Under the pieces are notes generated by a model. The model did not search any database. It saw nothing but the letters and a program-made list of their open reading frames with translations, and was not told the DNA's origin. Both the position numbers and the translations under genes were made by a program. Shown one piece after another: positions 7,410 through 16,526 of a DNA stretch of 34,052 nucleotides. The DNA is taken from assembly GCA_043800105.1 (NCBI GenBank), contig JAZDNJ010000047.1, forward strand, positions 1-34,052, read 5' to 3'. Position 1 is the stretch's first letter; every line of letters starts with the position of its first letter. Source of the stretch: Patescibacteria group bacterium. Its GTDB lineage: Bacteria > Patescibacteriota > Gracilibacteria > UM-FILTER-43-11.

Positions 7410-8795
7410 TTATTCCAGTTCTTTCAGGATTTTCTGGGCGCTGACCTTACCTATTCCATCAATGCCCTCAAGGGCTTTCAGGTCCATACCTTTCAAATCG
7501 GCCAGTCCGGCATAACCGGCGGCTTCAAGTTTGGTAATAACCGCCTTGGTCAGCTTGCCCCATTCGCCATTTTTGGCGGTTTTAGTTTCAGCTTTACCCT
7601 CGTCACCCTCTTCCTGAAGGGACTTCTCAGCCTCTTCCAGTTCTTTTTCGGTGGCGGCCGCTTCCAGTTCCTTATCTTCTATACGTCTGCCGGCTGTCGG
7701 ATGATCGGATTTCATAAGTTCTTTAAGTTTTTCCTTAAAGGCGGGGAGCTGTTCAAGATTATATAAGTCAAGTTCGTATCCGGTTAAATCGGAAGCCAGG
7801 CGGACATTCTGCCCCTGCTTACCTATGGCCATGGGCCTTTCCGATTCTTCCACAAACACGGCGGCGCGCTTAGGGACTTTAAGATCTTCTCCGGCATTCA
7901 CAATGATCACTTCGGCAATTTTGGCCGGCTGAAGGGCGGTTGCAATGAATTCCTTTGGGTCTTTGGTCCACTCAATAATGTCCACGCGCTCACCATTCAG
8001 TTCATTCATCACCGCCTGAATACGAACGCCCTTTTGGCCGATACATGCACCTACGGGATCGATTTTTTCATTTTCCGCCCACACGGCGACCTTACTGCGG
8101 ACGCCCGCGTCACGGGCGATGGATTTGATTTCCACTTCGCCCTCGGCAATTTCGGGAATCTCCATTTCCAGCAGACGGACTACCAAATTCGGATGCGTGC
8201 GTGAAATAGAAAGCTGAGGGCCTTTACTGGTGTGCACTACTTTATCAAGGTAAACCTTAATGCGCTTTCCGTTGTAATATTTTTCGTTCTGAATCTGGTC
8301 GCGGTGACCAAGCATCACGTTATGCTTTTCAATCTGTATATGTACCACGCCATTCTCGACACGCATCACCTGAGCCGTCATGATTTCGTTTTCACGGTTC
8401 TTAAACATCTCGTAAAGCGCGTCGCGTTCAGCCTCCTGAAGGCGCTGCAGAATAACCTGTTTGGCGGACTGCGCGGCAATACGCCCGTATTCCAGTGGGG
8501 TCACATCGATTTTGATGATGTCGCCGATCTCCACATCCTTTTTCATCTTCTGTGCCTCTTTCAGCGAAATCTCAATATTCGGATTCTCCACATTTTCAAC
8601 CACTTCCTTTACCAGAAGCACGGTGGCAATGTCGCTATCATCTTGCAGAACAATTTCAATTTCCTGTTCCTTATTTCCGAAGTCTTTTCGGTAGGCGGTG
8701 GCAAGAGCCGCCTTAATCGTGTCGATCACGCGTTCATAAGGGATATTTTTTTCATCACAGATCTGATGGATGGCGGCAAAAAATTGCGGTTTCAT
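7410..8795 (-). CDS. nusA: Transcription termination/antitermination factor NusA
   Basis: The N-terminal domain (FFAAIHQICDEKNIPYERVIDTIKAALATAYRK) is followed by an S1 domain and two KH domains (GACIGQKGVRIQAV and AIGKQGQNVRLASDLTG). The C-terminus has a helix-hairpin-helix (GIDGIGKVSAQKILKELE). The start is set at ATG 8795 (MKPQFF). Confidence 0.93.
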   Translation of the reverse strand: MKPQFFAAIHQICDEKNIPYERVIDTIKAALATAYRKDFGNKEQEIEIVLQDDSDIATVLLVKEVVENVENPNIEISLKEAQKMKKDVEIGDIIKIDVTPLEYGRIAAQSAKQVILQRLQEAERDALYEMFKNRENEIMTAQVMRVENGVVHIQIEKHNVMLGHRDQIQNEKYYNGKRIKVYLDKVVHTSKGPQLSISRTHPNLVVRLLEMEIPEIAEGEVEIKSIARDAGVRSKVAVWAENEKIDPVGACIGQKGVRIQAVMNELNGERVDIIEWTKDPKEFIATALQPAKIAEVIIVNAGEDLKVPKRAAVFVEESERPMAIGKQGQNVRLASDLTGYELDLYNLEQLPAFKEKLKELMKSDHPTAGRRIEDKELEAAATEKELEEAEKSLQEEGDEGKAETKTAKNGEWGKLTKAVITKLEAAGYAGLADLKGMDLKALEGIDGIGKVSAQKILKELE

Positions 8796-8890
8796 AGTCT
8801 TTAAGTTACGTAGAAAGGCGGGGCTGTCAAGCTCCACATCATCACAATTATACACGGAAAAGGGAAAGGGGGCAAATATTTTCTCACATT

Positions 8891-8919
8891 TTGACAGAGT
8901 GCGTGAAATAATTTATTAT
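8891..8919 (+). promoter_or_regulatory. Canonical sigma70-like promoter for the surface-protein / pilB2 unit
   Basis: TTGACA (8891-8896), a 17-nt spacer, then TATTAT (8914-8919). It lies 33 nt upstream of ATG 8952. Confidence 0.6.
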
Positions 8920-8951
8920 CATTAACCTTAATATTTTCTTCCTAAAGGTTT

Positions 8952-11441
8952 ATGAAAAGCTGGCTCGCATCAGGTCACAGGATAAAGTCATTTGGTCTTA
9001 TTGTACTCGTATTTTTACTGCTGGTGACAAAAGTCCATTCCGATACCACCTGGGAGGATATCGGGGTGAAGCTGTCCATCGAAATCGGCGATAGCAATGA
9101 GGATTTTGATGACGCGGAAGACACGGTTGAAAAAGGGCGTTTTGTTACTTATAGGGTGGAAGTGGCCAACACCGGTGATCAGGTGCATTCCAGTCTGGTG
9201 GTTTTGATGGAACCACCGGAATTCATGAACTATGTTCCGGGTTCAACCGCTTATATGGCGGACGAAGCCTCCGGATTCGTCGGGCTGAGTGATGCCGATG
9301 AGCTGAGCCCGCTCAATCTGGGTTATGAAATCGACAATATCTATCCGGGTTCATCGGTCTTCTTCAGTGTTCGTTATCAGGTGGCGGTGCCGGATTCAGA
9401 GAAGGATGATCCGATTTATACGCTGGCCTGGGCCAACGTTATGGGCAAGTACGCGGTAACCCCCACGCTCAGCAACCTGATTGAAACCGCGATTTCGGGT
9501 GAAGCCAAAGCCGTCATCAATGTGGTTGCGGAGCCTTCTCCGCCCGCCGGGCAACCGGTCGACGGTGGTTTATACATCGACTACCAGTACACCCTCCACA
9601 ACGTCGGAGGTCTGCCAGCCAACGGCATTATCTTCAAGCCTTATCTGCCTCAGCATACGACCTGCGCGCAGGATTGCGGGAATTTCAGTGTGACCACGCT
9701 TCAGCCCGATGAAGAAGCGATAGTGACAATGGTGGTGCAGGTGGATGCGGACTTAGAAGGGGTCACCCAAATCGAAAACATTGGTTACGACCTGAACGCG
9801 GATGAAATCGATTTTATCGAAAACCGCGACCCCATCATCCACCCGGTGGGCGAAGGAGCAATACCCGAAGGCGGTGATTTTGTTGTAACGATTGAGCAGG
9901 TGCCCAACATTATTCTGAATTCTGCGAACGGCATCGCGCGGGCCGACAAGGGTGATTTGACCGAAACCGTTTACGATACATGGTATGCGGGGCGCCATCA
10001 GCAGTATACCTATCCCGCTTTGAGCACCAACGAGGGCTATACTTACCGCGAGGGCATGGATTGTTCTTACTGGTTTCCTCATAAGTTCAATGCTTATACC
10101 TACGCGTATAACAGTGTCGGCGGGGGCTGTGACGGTTATATTTCAAGCTGTCCGCCGATGAGCACGCCCATTCAGTTCAGTGTTAGTACGGTTTTGCCAG
10201 GCGGGGCACCCAAATTGCTTTTTACCAAAAACACCACATCTTATTTGTACGGCGAAGCCAGTCCGGATTTTTTGGTAAACAATTACATGAAGAACGGTGG
10301 AACCTATCAGGCGCCGCGGATTTTTACTGAAAGCCGCGCGGCCGAAAACGGGGCCAATGGCATTGTCGAAACAAAAGTGACTTCTACCGTCTCGGAAGAC
10401 CGTTGGCAGTATGTGCAGTTCAGCACATCTACATGTAATGTGACTTGTGGTGAAAATACCTGCCCAATCGAAATTCCCCGTTACCGTTGGCAAAAAGTCC
10501 AGTCCACCCCCGTTCAATTGAGCGATACTGATATCACCGATATCACCGTCTATACCTCTACCGCCTGGCTCAAAACCGAAGGCGGGCACATTGGCACCAA
10601 TGATCGCTTTACGGGTAACTCACTTACTGACGCGAACTATGTGGACTTGGGAAATCCCGTTATCAAGCCGAACTTTTTGACGCCCAGCGATACTTACACC
10701 CCGCCCGGCGAAACCAACAGCGATTATATGATCTTCGGAAAAAACGGGACAGGCTCCTTCAAAAGCGCTTCCGGAGACGACTGGCTCCAGACGGGCACCG
10801 AATTTCCGTTTTTGGAACAGGGCGAGGCCTATGACCGCGCCGATAACCCTCGTGATTACTACCAGGACATGCTGGTGCGCGAGAAGTTCGGACCTGTCAA
10901 ATCCGACCAGCTGGAATCCCTGCTGACGGGCACGGTTGATATCGGTGACGGCATCGTCTGGAATCAGACGGGCGACATCACTATCGGTCAGACGGGCGGA
11001 ACCGAGGTAGTGTTTACGGGCGGTCAGTCACGCATTTACACGGCAGGGGACGTCTACATCAATTCCGACATCCGCCTGGGCACTTCGCAGGGGCAGAGTT
11101 ACAGGAATATTACTTCTCTGCGTATCGACGCGCGAAACATTTATGTCAGCGGCTTGGTAACCAACCTTGAAGTCATGCTTCTTGCCCGAGGCAGTTTTTA
11201 CAGCGGGGTCAGCAAAAATCAGCTCCGCATTCTGGGTGATGTGATTGCGGGAAAGGCTCACTGGGAAAGACAGCCTCTTTTGGAAGTCGATCCGGAAGAA
11301 TTTAACAAACCTTCCGAATATATCATCGAGGACATGCGTAAATACGTGATTCCGGTTCCGGGTGACACTACCGTGCCCGACGACTACAACATCTGGCGTC
11401 AGGTCAACCCGGCCACCGGCCAGACCTTAGATGCTTATTGA
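8952..11441 (+). CDS. Large secreted surface protein with DUF11-like (conserved repeat) domains and a Gly/Thr-rich C-terminal region
   Basis: It has a signal peptide (IKSFGLIVLVFLLLVTKVHSD). Two segments fit the DUF11/TIGR01451 pattern: GRFVTYRVEVANTGDQVHSSLVVLMEPPEFMNYVPGST and YIDYQYTLHNVGGLPANGIIFKPYLPQHT. The C-terminal half has no fold I can recognise. Confidence 0.5.
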   Translation: MKSWLASGHRIKSFGLIVLVFLLLVTKVHSDTTWEDIGVKLSIEIGDSNEDFDDAEDTVEKGRFVTYRVEVANTGDQVHSSLVVLMEPPEFMNYVPGSTAYMADEASGFVGLSDADELSPLNLGYEIDNIYPGSSVFFSVRYQVAVPDSEKDDPIYTLAWANVMGKYAVTPTLSNLIETAISGEAKAVINVVAEPSPPAGQPVDGGLYIDYQYTLHNVGGLPANGIIFKPYLPQHTTCAQDCGNFSVTTLQPDEEAIVTMVVQVDADLEGVTQIENIGYDLNADEIDFIENRDPIIHPVGEGAIPEGGDFVVTIEQVPNIILNSANGIARADKGDLTETVYDTWYAGRHQQYTYPALSTNEGYTYREGMDCSYWFPHKFNAYTYAYNSVGGGCDGYISSCPPMSTPIQFSVSTVLPGGAPKLLFTKNTTSYLYGEASPDFLVNNYMKNGGTYQAPRIFTESRAAENGANGIVETKVTSTVSEDRWQYVQFSTSTCNVTCGENTCPIEIPRYRWQKVQSTPVQLSDTDITDITVYTSTAWLKTEGGHIGTNDRFTGNSLTDANYVDLGNPVIKPNFLTPSDTYTPPGETNSDYMIFGKNGTGSFKSASGDDWLQTGTEFPFLEQGEAYDRADNPRDYYQDMLVREKFGPVKSDQLESLLTGTVDIGDGIVWNQTGDITIGQTGGTEVVFTGGQSRIYTAGDVYINSDIRLGTSQGQSYRNITSLRIDARNIYVSGLVTNLEVMLLARGSFYSGVSKNQLRILGDVIAGKAHWERQPLLEVDPEEFNKPSEYIIEDMRKYVIPVPGDTTVPDDYNIWRQVNPATGQTLDAY

Positions 11442-11474
11442 TATCTGATTACCCATAACTTTTAATCAATTCCC

Positions 11475-12995
11475 ATGAGCCCCCAAGCCAACGATTATAC
11501 CGCAGAAACAAGCCAAAAGGTCATCAAGTATCTTGAAGAAAACGGCTACCTTAAAGTTCAGGACATTAAAATCCTGAGCAAAAAGTCCAAAGACAAAGGG
11601 GTGACCGCCCTGAATATTTTCCTCGAGGAAAACCCCCATCTGCACGAAAAAACGGACAAGCTCATCAGCTACCTGTCCGAAAAAAAAGCGGATCAGAATC
11701 CTGACATCAAGACCAAAAGTAAGGTCAAAATTCTTGATGACGACGATGCCAAAGCGGGGGACGCGAATACCTTTGTTTTTGATATGCTCAAAAAATGTAT
11801 AGAGCGCGGCGCCTCGGATATTCACATCGACATGGCCTTATCAGGCGAGGGGCAGGCTGGCTTCAAGCTTCGCTTCAGGGTGGATGGCCGCTGTTTTGAT
11901 GAAGGCTTTTACGACGACATCACCCTGTATCGCGGAATTGTGAATAAACTTAAACTGGACGCGGGCTTAAAAATCGATGAGCGAAGACTTCCTCAGGACG
12001 GCCGAATATCCTTTGAGTTAAACGGCAGGGTTCACAACTTCCGTCTTTCGTTCATGCCAAATACCATCCGGAATAATCAGGAGGAAAAAATCGTCCTCAG
12101 GCAGATGGCGGATGTGAGCAAATGTAACCTGTACGATCTGGGTATTCTGCCTTACGCCATTAAATACCTCGAAGAGGCCATAAAATATCCGCATGGTTTC
12201 ATTTGCGTGACAGGGCCGACCGGCAGCGGTAAAACCACCACCCTTTACGCTCTGCTTCAGGAAATCGACCGCGAAAGTAAAAACGTGCTGACACTTGAAG
12301 ATCCGATCGAAGCCGAGATTCCTATGGTGAATCAGTCCCAGATGTTTCACCGCATCGGCTACGACTTTGCTTCGGGTCTGCGCGTGATTCTCCGCCAGGA
12401 CCCCGATATTATCATGGTGGGGGAAATGCGTGACGAAGAAACGGCGCTCCGGGCCTTCGAGGCGGCCAATACGGGTCATCTGGTCTTTTCCACACTTCAT
12501 ACCAACACCGCCGCCTCTACCGTCACCCGTCTTCTGCAAATGGGAGTTCCGCATTATTTCATCAGCTCCGCGCTCAAATTCATTGTGGCTCAGCGTCTGG
12601 TGCGTCGCGTATGTACCGCCTGTCAGGTGCCGCATCCTCACATGAATGAGGTTCAGAAAGAAATCGAAAGAGCCTTCCAGAACGCCTCGGCGGTGGTGAA
12701 GGATATTTACAAAGAAAAAGCCGCGTCCGCCACTATTCTGGTTCCGCACATAAACGGCAGTATCTGTGAAAGATGCAAAGGAACCGGCTACAAGGGGCGA
12801 ATCGGAATTTTTGAAATCATGAAAGTCACCGACAAAATCCGTCACATCATCAGTTTTGAAAACGGCAGTGAGGATAAAATTCAGGAAGTGGCCATAAGCG
12901 AGGGAATGCTCAGCATTCAGCAATACGGCTATCTGCTCGTTCTGGCCGGCCTGACCACCTTTGAGGAAGTGACCAATACGGTCCTTTCGGCCTGA
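11475..12995 (+). CDS. pilB: Second type IV pilus / T2SS assembly ATPase of the GspE/PilB family, with one N-terminal T2SSE_N-like domain
   Basis: It has Walker A VTGPTGSGKTTT, DPDIIMVGEMRD, GHLVFSTLHTN, and the tetracysteine CTAC...CERCKGTGYKGR. The N-terminus (KVIKYLEENGYLKVQDIKIL...) resembles the GSPII_E N-terminal domain. Confidence 0.9.
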   Translation: MSPQANDYTAETSQKVIKYLEENGYLKVQDIKILSKKSKDKGVTALNIFLEENPHLHEKTDKLISYLSEKKADQNPDIKTKSKVKILDDDDAKAGDANTFVFDMLKKCIERGASDIHIDMALSGEGQAGFKLRFRVDGRCFDEGFYDDITLYRGIVNKLKLDAGLKIDERRLPQDGRISFELNGRVHNFRLSFMPNTIRNNQEEKIVLRQMADVSKCNLYDLGILPYAIKYLEEAIKYPHGFICVTGPTGSGKTTTLYALLQEIDRESKNVLTLEDPIEAEIPMVNQSQMFHRIGYDFASGLRVILRQDPDIIMVGEMRDEETALRAFEAANTGHLVFSTLHTNTAASTVTRLLQMGVPHYFISSALKFIVAQRLVRRVCTACQVPHPHMNEVQKEIERAFQNASAVVKDIYKEKAASATILVPHINGSICERCKGTGYKGRIGIFEIMKVTDKIRHIISFENGSEDKIQEVAISEGMLSIQQYGYLLVLAGLTTFEEVTNTVLSA

Positions 12996-13012
12996 CATTT
13001 GTCAGGTGTTTT
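12991..13012 (+). terminator. Short hairpin plus a partial T-tract, overlapping the pilB2 stop codon (weak terminator or attenuator)
   Basis: CCTGACA TT TGTCAGG (12991-13006) is followed by TGTTTT. The stem is only 7 bp and the loop is minimal. Confidence 0.3.
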
Positions 13013-13046
13013 AGCGGGATGTTACAATTAAATCAACCTTTCCTCT

Positions 13047-16000
13047 ATGCTCAGGAAAACAAGACTCGCCCTTCCCCTCGGCTTTTCAGCCCTCCTCGCA
13101 GTCCTGCTTTTTCATGCAGCCTCCTTTGCCTCCTCTTTCTACGACGTTCCCCCGGATGACCTCCTCTTTTCCCCCTACATCCAAAAACTCTACGACAGTC
13201 ACCTTATCACCGGTGACACGCAAAACGGCAAAGAAACCTATTCCTTCCGTCCCAAGGATCCCCTGTCCCGTGCCGAGTTCACCAAGGTGGCCGTAGGCGT
13301 CAAGCTGGCCGAGAAGTTCGGACAGACGGAAAACTGGCAGGCCAAAAGCGCCTACGAGATGACGGAAACGGTTTTAAAGGACAAACTCCTTTACTTCCAC
13401 CAATGTGACAACTCCGACATCCCGCAGTGTGAAAACCAGTGGGGTGCCGACATCAAAGGTGTCTGTAACGTCTGTCTTCTCACCAATCAAAAACCCTTCA
13501 CCGATGTGAAGGAAAAAGACCGTAACTGCGAGGAGCAGGGAATCTGTTCCCCCTGGTATTCCGAATACATCTACTATGCCCTCCGCAAAGGAATGTTGCA
13601 GGGATACAAAGACATCTCTTCCTCACCCTCCTCCATCTCTTATTCCTTCCACCCCGACCAGTCCATCCTCAGAATCCACGCCCTCAAGCTCATCATGGCC
13701 GATGACGGAGCCGTGGCCCCCGAAGCCGATGAACGCTACCGCCGTCTTTCCCAGACCGCCAAAGCCAGAGGTTCTTACTTTCCCGAATGCCTGAGCGGAG
13801 CCGAGAACTTTATTCTGAACAATAACGGTGGCTCCGGACACCCCGAAGGAGAGAAGCTCCTCCAGTATGCCCTCCTTGCCGATAAACTCGACTTCTTCGG
13901 TAACCGGTGTCAGGTGTTTAGTACTTACGGAGCTAACACCCCTCAGGCCAAAGCCGACTTCCTTCAGTCCTACATGTCCCGCCGGGAAGCGGCCCGTTAC
14001 TTTGTCCTTTCCACTTCCTATTCACCCCTTATAATTAGCCCATTTGATGACGAGACGGTCGACGGCATTGTAAGTAATACCGAAGATCCCGAAAGTGTTG
14101 TCAAAGAAACGGTGAATGAAGATGGCGAAATCGTCAGGGATTTTAGTGATGTCACGATCAAGACCTATGCACAGAATGCACCCATTCCCATCAAAGATAT
14201 TGCGAGCCCCGATTCTCCATTTGATAGTACGTTTAATAGAGCTGCCTGCATCTTGAGTTCCTTTACGCCCAAAATCTGCAAGGATCCAAGTATGGCCAAT
14301 TGCAGCGATGTGCCCAATGGCTCCCGTATTCACACAACAGATGAGGAATATTACGGCAGGACCCCGCCCGGCTACTATACCTGGCTCTGGCATGGTGTGA
14401 TTTATAAAAGCATTGGTTACTATGTACCTCTGGATGACATCGATTTTGACTGTGAAAGAACCCTGCAATGGGAGGAGGCGAAAAGACAGGCAGAGGCTGA
14501 AGCAGCCAGGATAAGGGCATATAATGCCAAAATAGCGGCACAAAATGCCGCAAATGCAGCAGCCTATAAACAACAGCAGCCTGCCGCAGCAGCGCAGAAT
14601 TCACAGTTACCCTGGTATCTTGAGGGTCTAAACCCCTTCGTGCCATTCGTGAAGCCATTTATTCAGCCATATATCGATATTGGCAAAAATATCATCACGT
14701 ACAACATTCAGCAGACAAATTTGAGACAGGACATGCCATGGATTTATACGGCAGATTATTATGGAAATAACAAGGACAAAAGGGTTTCTAATCCATTTGA
14801 AGATATTATTAATGGGGGCATAGGAAGTGGAAAATCGATAGAACAATTTTTGACACCTGTATCGGGAAATAGTGTTTTACATGGATTTGGTACAGAGGTA
14901 ATGGATGGTTTACTAGGGGTAGGCAAGTCGCTTGCAGATAACATCGGAAAGGCTGCAAAGGATTTACACATGCTCACTGTTGACGGTGTCGAAATGGTTG
15001 GGAATGGCATTAAATATGTTACGACTGAAGCCGACAAATTGATAACAAATCAATTAGATAGCGTCCCTGATTGGCTGAAACCTACCATTCAGCCTATCAG
15101 AAATAGCTATAATCTTGGGAAGGGGTTCGTAGAGGGCGGAGCGGCAATGACAGAGGGCGTATTTCAGATCTATAAGGATCCAATTGGAGTAGTTAGTGGG
15201 ATAGGAACTGCCATCGCCCACCCCAGACAGACATGGTCGGCGATTAGTAAGGGGCTTAATGATTTTGCAAACGAATCACTGTCATCCACGGATAAATTGT
15301 ACGAGAATTCGGGGCGAATTATCTTCGAAATTGGCTCCTGGATTGTGGGTGCCGGTGAAGTGAAGTCGGTAATAAAGGCGGCAGAAATAGCGAAAGTCGG
15401 CAATACTGCGGCAAAAACAGCAGACCTGCTTAAAATAGTTGATGCCGTACAGGATGTGGGGACGATTGCAAAGGGTTTGGAAAAGATTGAAGATGTTTCA
15501 AGGGTTCAGAAAGTGCTGGCAGGCATAACCGACATGGAAAAAACGGCTGGCATTATTTCCAAAATGCAACCCGCAAAAGCCGCTGAAGTCGTTTCAGGAT
15601 TGAGTAAATCCACAATAGGAAATATACTCACAAAAATGGATGATATCGCCGCCGCCAAACTGATTACTACGGCAAAGGATGCCGAAAAAATGACTCAAGC
15701 TGTGGACACACTGGGCCTGACAAAAATAAGAAACATTGTCAGTAAACTCAATCCGGATGAAGCGGCCAATGTTATTTCCAAGATGGATGCAGGTAAAGCG
15801 GGAAAAATAATCACTGGCGTTGACCCTGTGAAGGTGGCGAGTATTCTTGAAAAAATTGATGTTGGAACAGCAGCAAAAGTAGTAAAAGAAATGTCTGAAG
15901 CCGAGGCTGGCTCAGCTTTGTTGAAGATTGGAGATGCAAACAAAGTTGCCAAAGTTTTACAGACGCTTAGTTTTGACAAGGCGGATGCTATACTTACAAA

Positions 16001-16523
16001 AATGGCAGAGCAATTAAGAAAGGATTATTCAAGCCTGGTTCCTGGTTTCAAAAAACAGCTTCAGGCTGTCGCGGATAAATTTGATGTTACACTTGATGTC
16101 GAAAATGTCCTTAAAGAGACGAAAGAAATCGTGTTGAAAGCACAGTTATCAAAAAGAGACATCTCGCAAGTGAATGACCTCATGCGAGGAAGATGGGTAA
16201 TTAATACGGAAGAAGAAGGTTATAAGATTGCTGATTATGTCGAGAGCAATTTCAAGATAATAGAGTTCAAAGATAATTTCGTCATACCGAAAAACTCAGG
16301 TTACAGGAGTTTACACTACTACATTGAATTCGATGGTAGAATCGCGGAAGTCCAAATCGTACCACGAACCATGTTTGAGGCAAATGAGAAGACACATATT
16401 ATTTTAGATAGATTGGATATCCTGAAATTGGATCCACTAAAAAATGCGGATGAAATTACTAAATTAAACTATGAAATTCTTAAAATGAATGATGAGGCAT
16501 GGGAATTATTCGTTAATAAATAA
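13047..16523 (+). CDS. Exported SLH-domain protein with a C-terminal divergent RelA/SpoT-like nucleotide pyrophosphokinase domain (candidate polymorphic toxin)
   Basis: It has a signal peptide (MLRKTRLALPLGFSALLAVLLFHAASFASS) and an SLH-like repeat (FYDVPPDDLLFSPYIQKLYDSHLITGD...FRPKDPLSRAEFTKVAV), plus two looser SLH-like repeats. A Cys-rich region and an A/Q-rich linker follow. Next comes a Gly-rich helical segment, then MgtE_N-like helical repeats at aa ~835-985. The last ~150 aa contain, in order, NDLMRGRWVI, FKDNFVIPKNSGYRSLHYYIEF (aa 1085-1090 = GYRSLH) and AEVQIVPRTMFEANEKTH (E1101). This matches the order of the RSH synthetase motifs. Confidence 0.6.
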   Translation: MLRKTRLALPLGFSALLAVLLFHAASFASSFYDVPPDDLLFSPYIQKLYDSHLITGDTQNGKETYSFRPKDPLSRAEFTKVAVGVKLAEKFGQTENWQAKSAYEMTETVLKDKLLYFHQCDNSDIPQCENQWGADIKGVCNVCLLTNQKPFTDVKEKDRNCEEQGICSPWYSEYIYYALRKGMLQGYKDISSSPSSISYSFHPDQSILRIHALKLIMADDGAVAPEADERYRRLSQTAKARGSYFPECLSGAENFILNNNGGSGHPEGEKLLQYALLADKLDFFGNRCQVFSTYGANTPQAKADFLQSYMSRREAARYFVLSTSYSPLIISPFDDETVDGIVSNTEDPESVVKETVNEDGEIVRDFSDVTIKTYAQNAPIPIKDIASPDSPFDSTFNRAACILSSFTPKICKDPSMANCSDVPNGSRIHTTDEEYYGRTPPGYYTWLWHGVIYKSIGYYVPLDDIDFDCERTLQWEEAKRQAEAEAARIRAYNAKIAAQNAANAAAYKQQQPAAAAQNSQLPWYLEGLNPFVPFVKPFIQPYIDIGKNIITYNIQQTNLRQDMPWIYTADYYGNNKDKRVSNPFEDIINGGIGSGKSIEQFLTPVSGNSVLHGFGTEVMDGLLGVGKSLADNIGKAAKDLHMLTVDGVEMVGNGIKYVTTEADKLITNQLDSVPDWLKPTIQPIRNSYNLGKGFVEGGAAMTEGVFQIYKDPIGVVSGIGTAIAHPRQTWSAISKGLNDFANESLSSTDKLYENSGRIIFEIGSWIVGAGEVKSVIKAAEIAKVGNTAAKTADLLKIVDAVQDVGTIAKGLEKIEDVSRVQKVLAGITDMEKTAGIISKMQPAKAAEVVSGLSKSTIGNILTKMDDIAAAKLITTAKDAEKMTQAVDTLGLTKIRNIVSKLNPDEAANVISKMDAGKAGKIITGVDPVKVASILEKIDVGTAAKVVKEMSEAEAGSALLKIGDANKVAKVLQTLSFDKADAILTKMAEQLRKDYSSLVPGFKKQLQAVADKFDVTLDVENVLKETKEIVLKAQLSKRDISQVNDLMRGRWVINTEEEGYKIADYVESNFKIIEFKDNFVIPKNSGYRSLHYYIEFDGRIAEVQIVPRTMFEANEKTHIILDRLDILKLDPLKNADEITKLNYEILKMNDEAWELFVNK

Positions 16524-16526
16524 CAT

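Noticed and set aside
11475-11800. A c-di-GMP-binding MshEN motif in the PilB2 N-terminal domain
   Set aside because: The domain looks T2SSE_N-like, but I could not find the RLG-x-x-(L/V/I)(L/V/I)-x-x-G-type motif by eye, so no ligand-binding claim is made.
12018-12998. 326-aa ORF antisense to pilB2
   Set aside because: It is a shadow ORF opposite a strongly supported ATPase gene. Its translation has no recognisable motifs and a Gly/Arg/His-rich composition typical of antisense frames.
14250-14460. An SH3b-like or other binding domain in the Cys-rich middle of the toxin-like protein
   Set aside because: The resemblance (GYYTWLWHGVIYKSIGYYVPLDDI) is vague, and no motif is strong enough to call without a profile search.
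13114-14658. A cluster of short ORFs on both strands within the 5' third of the 1158-aa gene
   Set aside because: They are by-products of the strongly C-skewed composition, which suppresses stop codons. Their translations are Pro/Ser/Thr-rich or Gly-rich with no protein-like features.
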